A program made the position numbers and the translations under genes. Positions 31,090 to 32,000 of a stretch of 32,000 nt of DNA are shown piece by piece; positions within the stretch are counted from its first letter, which is position 1, and every line of letters begins with the position of its first letter. The DNA is taken from positions 3,750,001-3,782,000 of the forward strand of contig NZ_CP011304.1 in assembly GCF_000981785.2 (NCBI RefSeq), read 5' to 3'. The notes under the pieces are model-generated. The model was given only the letters and a program-made list of their open reading frames with translations, ran no database searches and was not told the origin of the DNA. The DNA comes from Microcystis aeruginosa NIES-2549. Its GTDB lineage: Bacteria; Cyanobacteriota; Cyanobacteriia; Cyanobacteriales; Microcystaceae.

Positions 31090-31124
31090 ATCAGTAAACA
31101 GTAATCAGTAAACAGTAATCAGTG
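31090..31124. repeat. 14-nt tandem repeat ATCAGTAAACAGTA (about 2.5 copies)
   Basis: Direct reading, just downstream of serA. A related GGTTATCAGTG/GAACAGTGAG motif occurs at 5265..5295. Confidence 0.8.
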
Positions 31125-31343
31125 AAAGGAAAGCTCGGAACTTGCCACTTAATACTGTTGACTGAAAACTCAAATCTGATAACTGATCCCTGATCACAAG
31201 GGCCGAATCTCAGACCTAATTGGTTAAGCTAAAAGCTTTGATGTGCTTAGTTTCTAACCTTCTTTTTAGGTAGGAGAATTGTCAGATTCTGTCTTTTGCC
31301 TCTTGCCTGTTGCCTCTTGCCTTCAGAAGCTGATAACTAATAT

Positions 31344-32000
31344 ATGTCTAATAGTTGGTGGGAAATTACGGTTTTGTGCGAACCTAGTCTCGAAGAAACG
31401 GTTTTCTGGAGACTGGAGGATTTTGGCTGTTCGGGAACGGCCACTGCTAAAAAACAATCCTCTTTAGAGGTTAAAGCCTATATACCGGAAATTAAAGCGC
31501 AATTGCCTGATTTAGAGGCACTAAGCCTCTGGTTAAAGCAGGATGCTTTGATTTTAGGTTTTCCCGAACCTGTCAGCTATTGGCAGTTAATGGACGAGGA
31601 AGACTGGGCCAGCAGTTGGAAACAACATTGGCAGCTGGGCGAGATCGGCGATCGCTTTTTGATCTGTCCTGCCTGGTTAAATCCCCCGGAAAATAACCAG
31701 AGATTGGTGATTAAAATTGACCCCGGTTCCGCTTTCGGCACGGGAACGCATCCCACCACCCAATTATGCCTAGAATCCCTAGAAATGCGTTTAAGTAGCC
31801 ATCCAGAGAATAAAATTATCGCCGATATCGGTTGTGGTTCCGGCATACTGGCGATCGGGGCGATTTTATTAGGGGCCAAAAAAGTTTATGCTGTGGATAC
31901 AGATCCGCTGGCGGTGAGTGCGACGCGCAGTAATCGCCATCTCAACGGGATTAACCCCGAAAATTTGGCTATTAATCGGGGTAGTGTCGGGGAGTTATTA
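31344..32000 (+). CDS. prmA: ribosomal protein L11 methyltransferase, N-terminal 219 codons (3' end outside window)
   Basis: This ORF is absent from the supplied track because it has no stop in the window. I translated it by hand: [33 protein letters not shown]...[20 protein letters not shown]...[20 protein letters not shown]...[33 protein letters not shown]. That is the canonical PrmA pattern with a SAM-binding GCGSG motif. Confidence 0.88.
   Translation, partial: MSNSWWEITVLCEPSLEETVFWRLEDFGCSGTATAKKQSSLEVKAYIPEIKAQLPDLEALSLWLKQDALILGFPEPVSYWQLMDEEDWASSWKQHWQLGEIGDRFLICPAWLNPPENNQRLVIKIDPGSAFGTGTHPTTQLCLESLEMRLSSHPENKIIADIGCGSGILAIGAILLGAKKVYAVDTDPLAVSATRSNRHLNGINPENLAINRGSVGELL

Noticed and set aside
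31279-31879. A 62-aa plus-strand ORF (31279..31467) and a 100-aa minus-strand ORF (31577..31879).
   Set aside because: Both overlap the clearly recognisable prmA frame (31344 to the window end), which has no stop in the window and so was missing from the ORF track.

Overview
This is a cyanobacterial chromosomal segment. HIP1 GCGATCGC palindromes are frequent and MITEs are dense, which suggests Microcystis, but that assignment is unverified. All family names below come from motif recognition by eye; no HMM or BLAST search was run.

The housekeeping flanks are:
- cydA (partial) and cydB
- a PRTase
- an LRAT-like protein
- a GuaB-like IMPDH-family protein
- a DUF760 protein
- bioD
- ilvB
- serA
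- prmA (partial)

These flanks surround an accessory core of about 18 kb, all on the minus strand. The core holds three genes:
- A giant FG-GAP/VCBS + Calx-beta + cadherin surface-protein gene, about 3,536 codons when reconstructed. A 232-bp MITE with 16-bp perfect TIRs and a 9-bp target duplication currently splits it.
- A PEP-CTERM protein gene.
- A 1,792-aa fusion enzyme with the architecture TIGR03032-like propeller, GNAT, TPR, GT41-like, TPR, GT41-like.

Inverted copies of one MITE family bracket the core. The region upstream of the core is a graveyard of at least three MITE families plus a decayed IS605-family tnpB. That tnpB carries a nested MITE and a remnant right end/omega-RNA region.

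A decayed UPF0175/DUF3368 toxin-antitoxin cassette flanked by 25-bp direct repeats lies between the DUF760 gene and bioD.

The main hypothesis is that the co-directional enzyme/PEP-CTERM/giant-adhesin cluster is an undescribed surface-protein modification (glycosylation/acylation) module.
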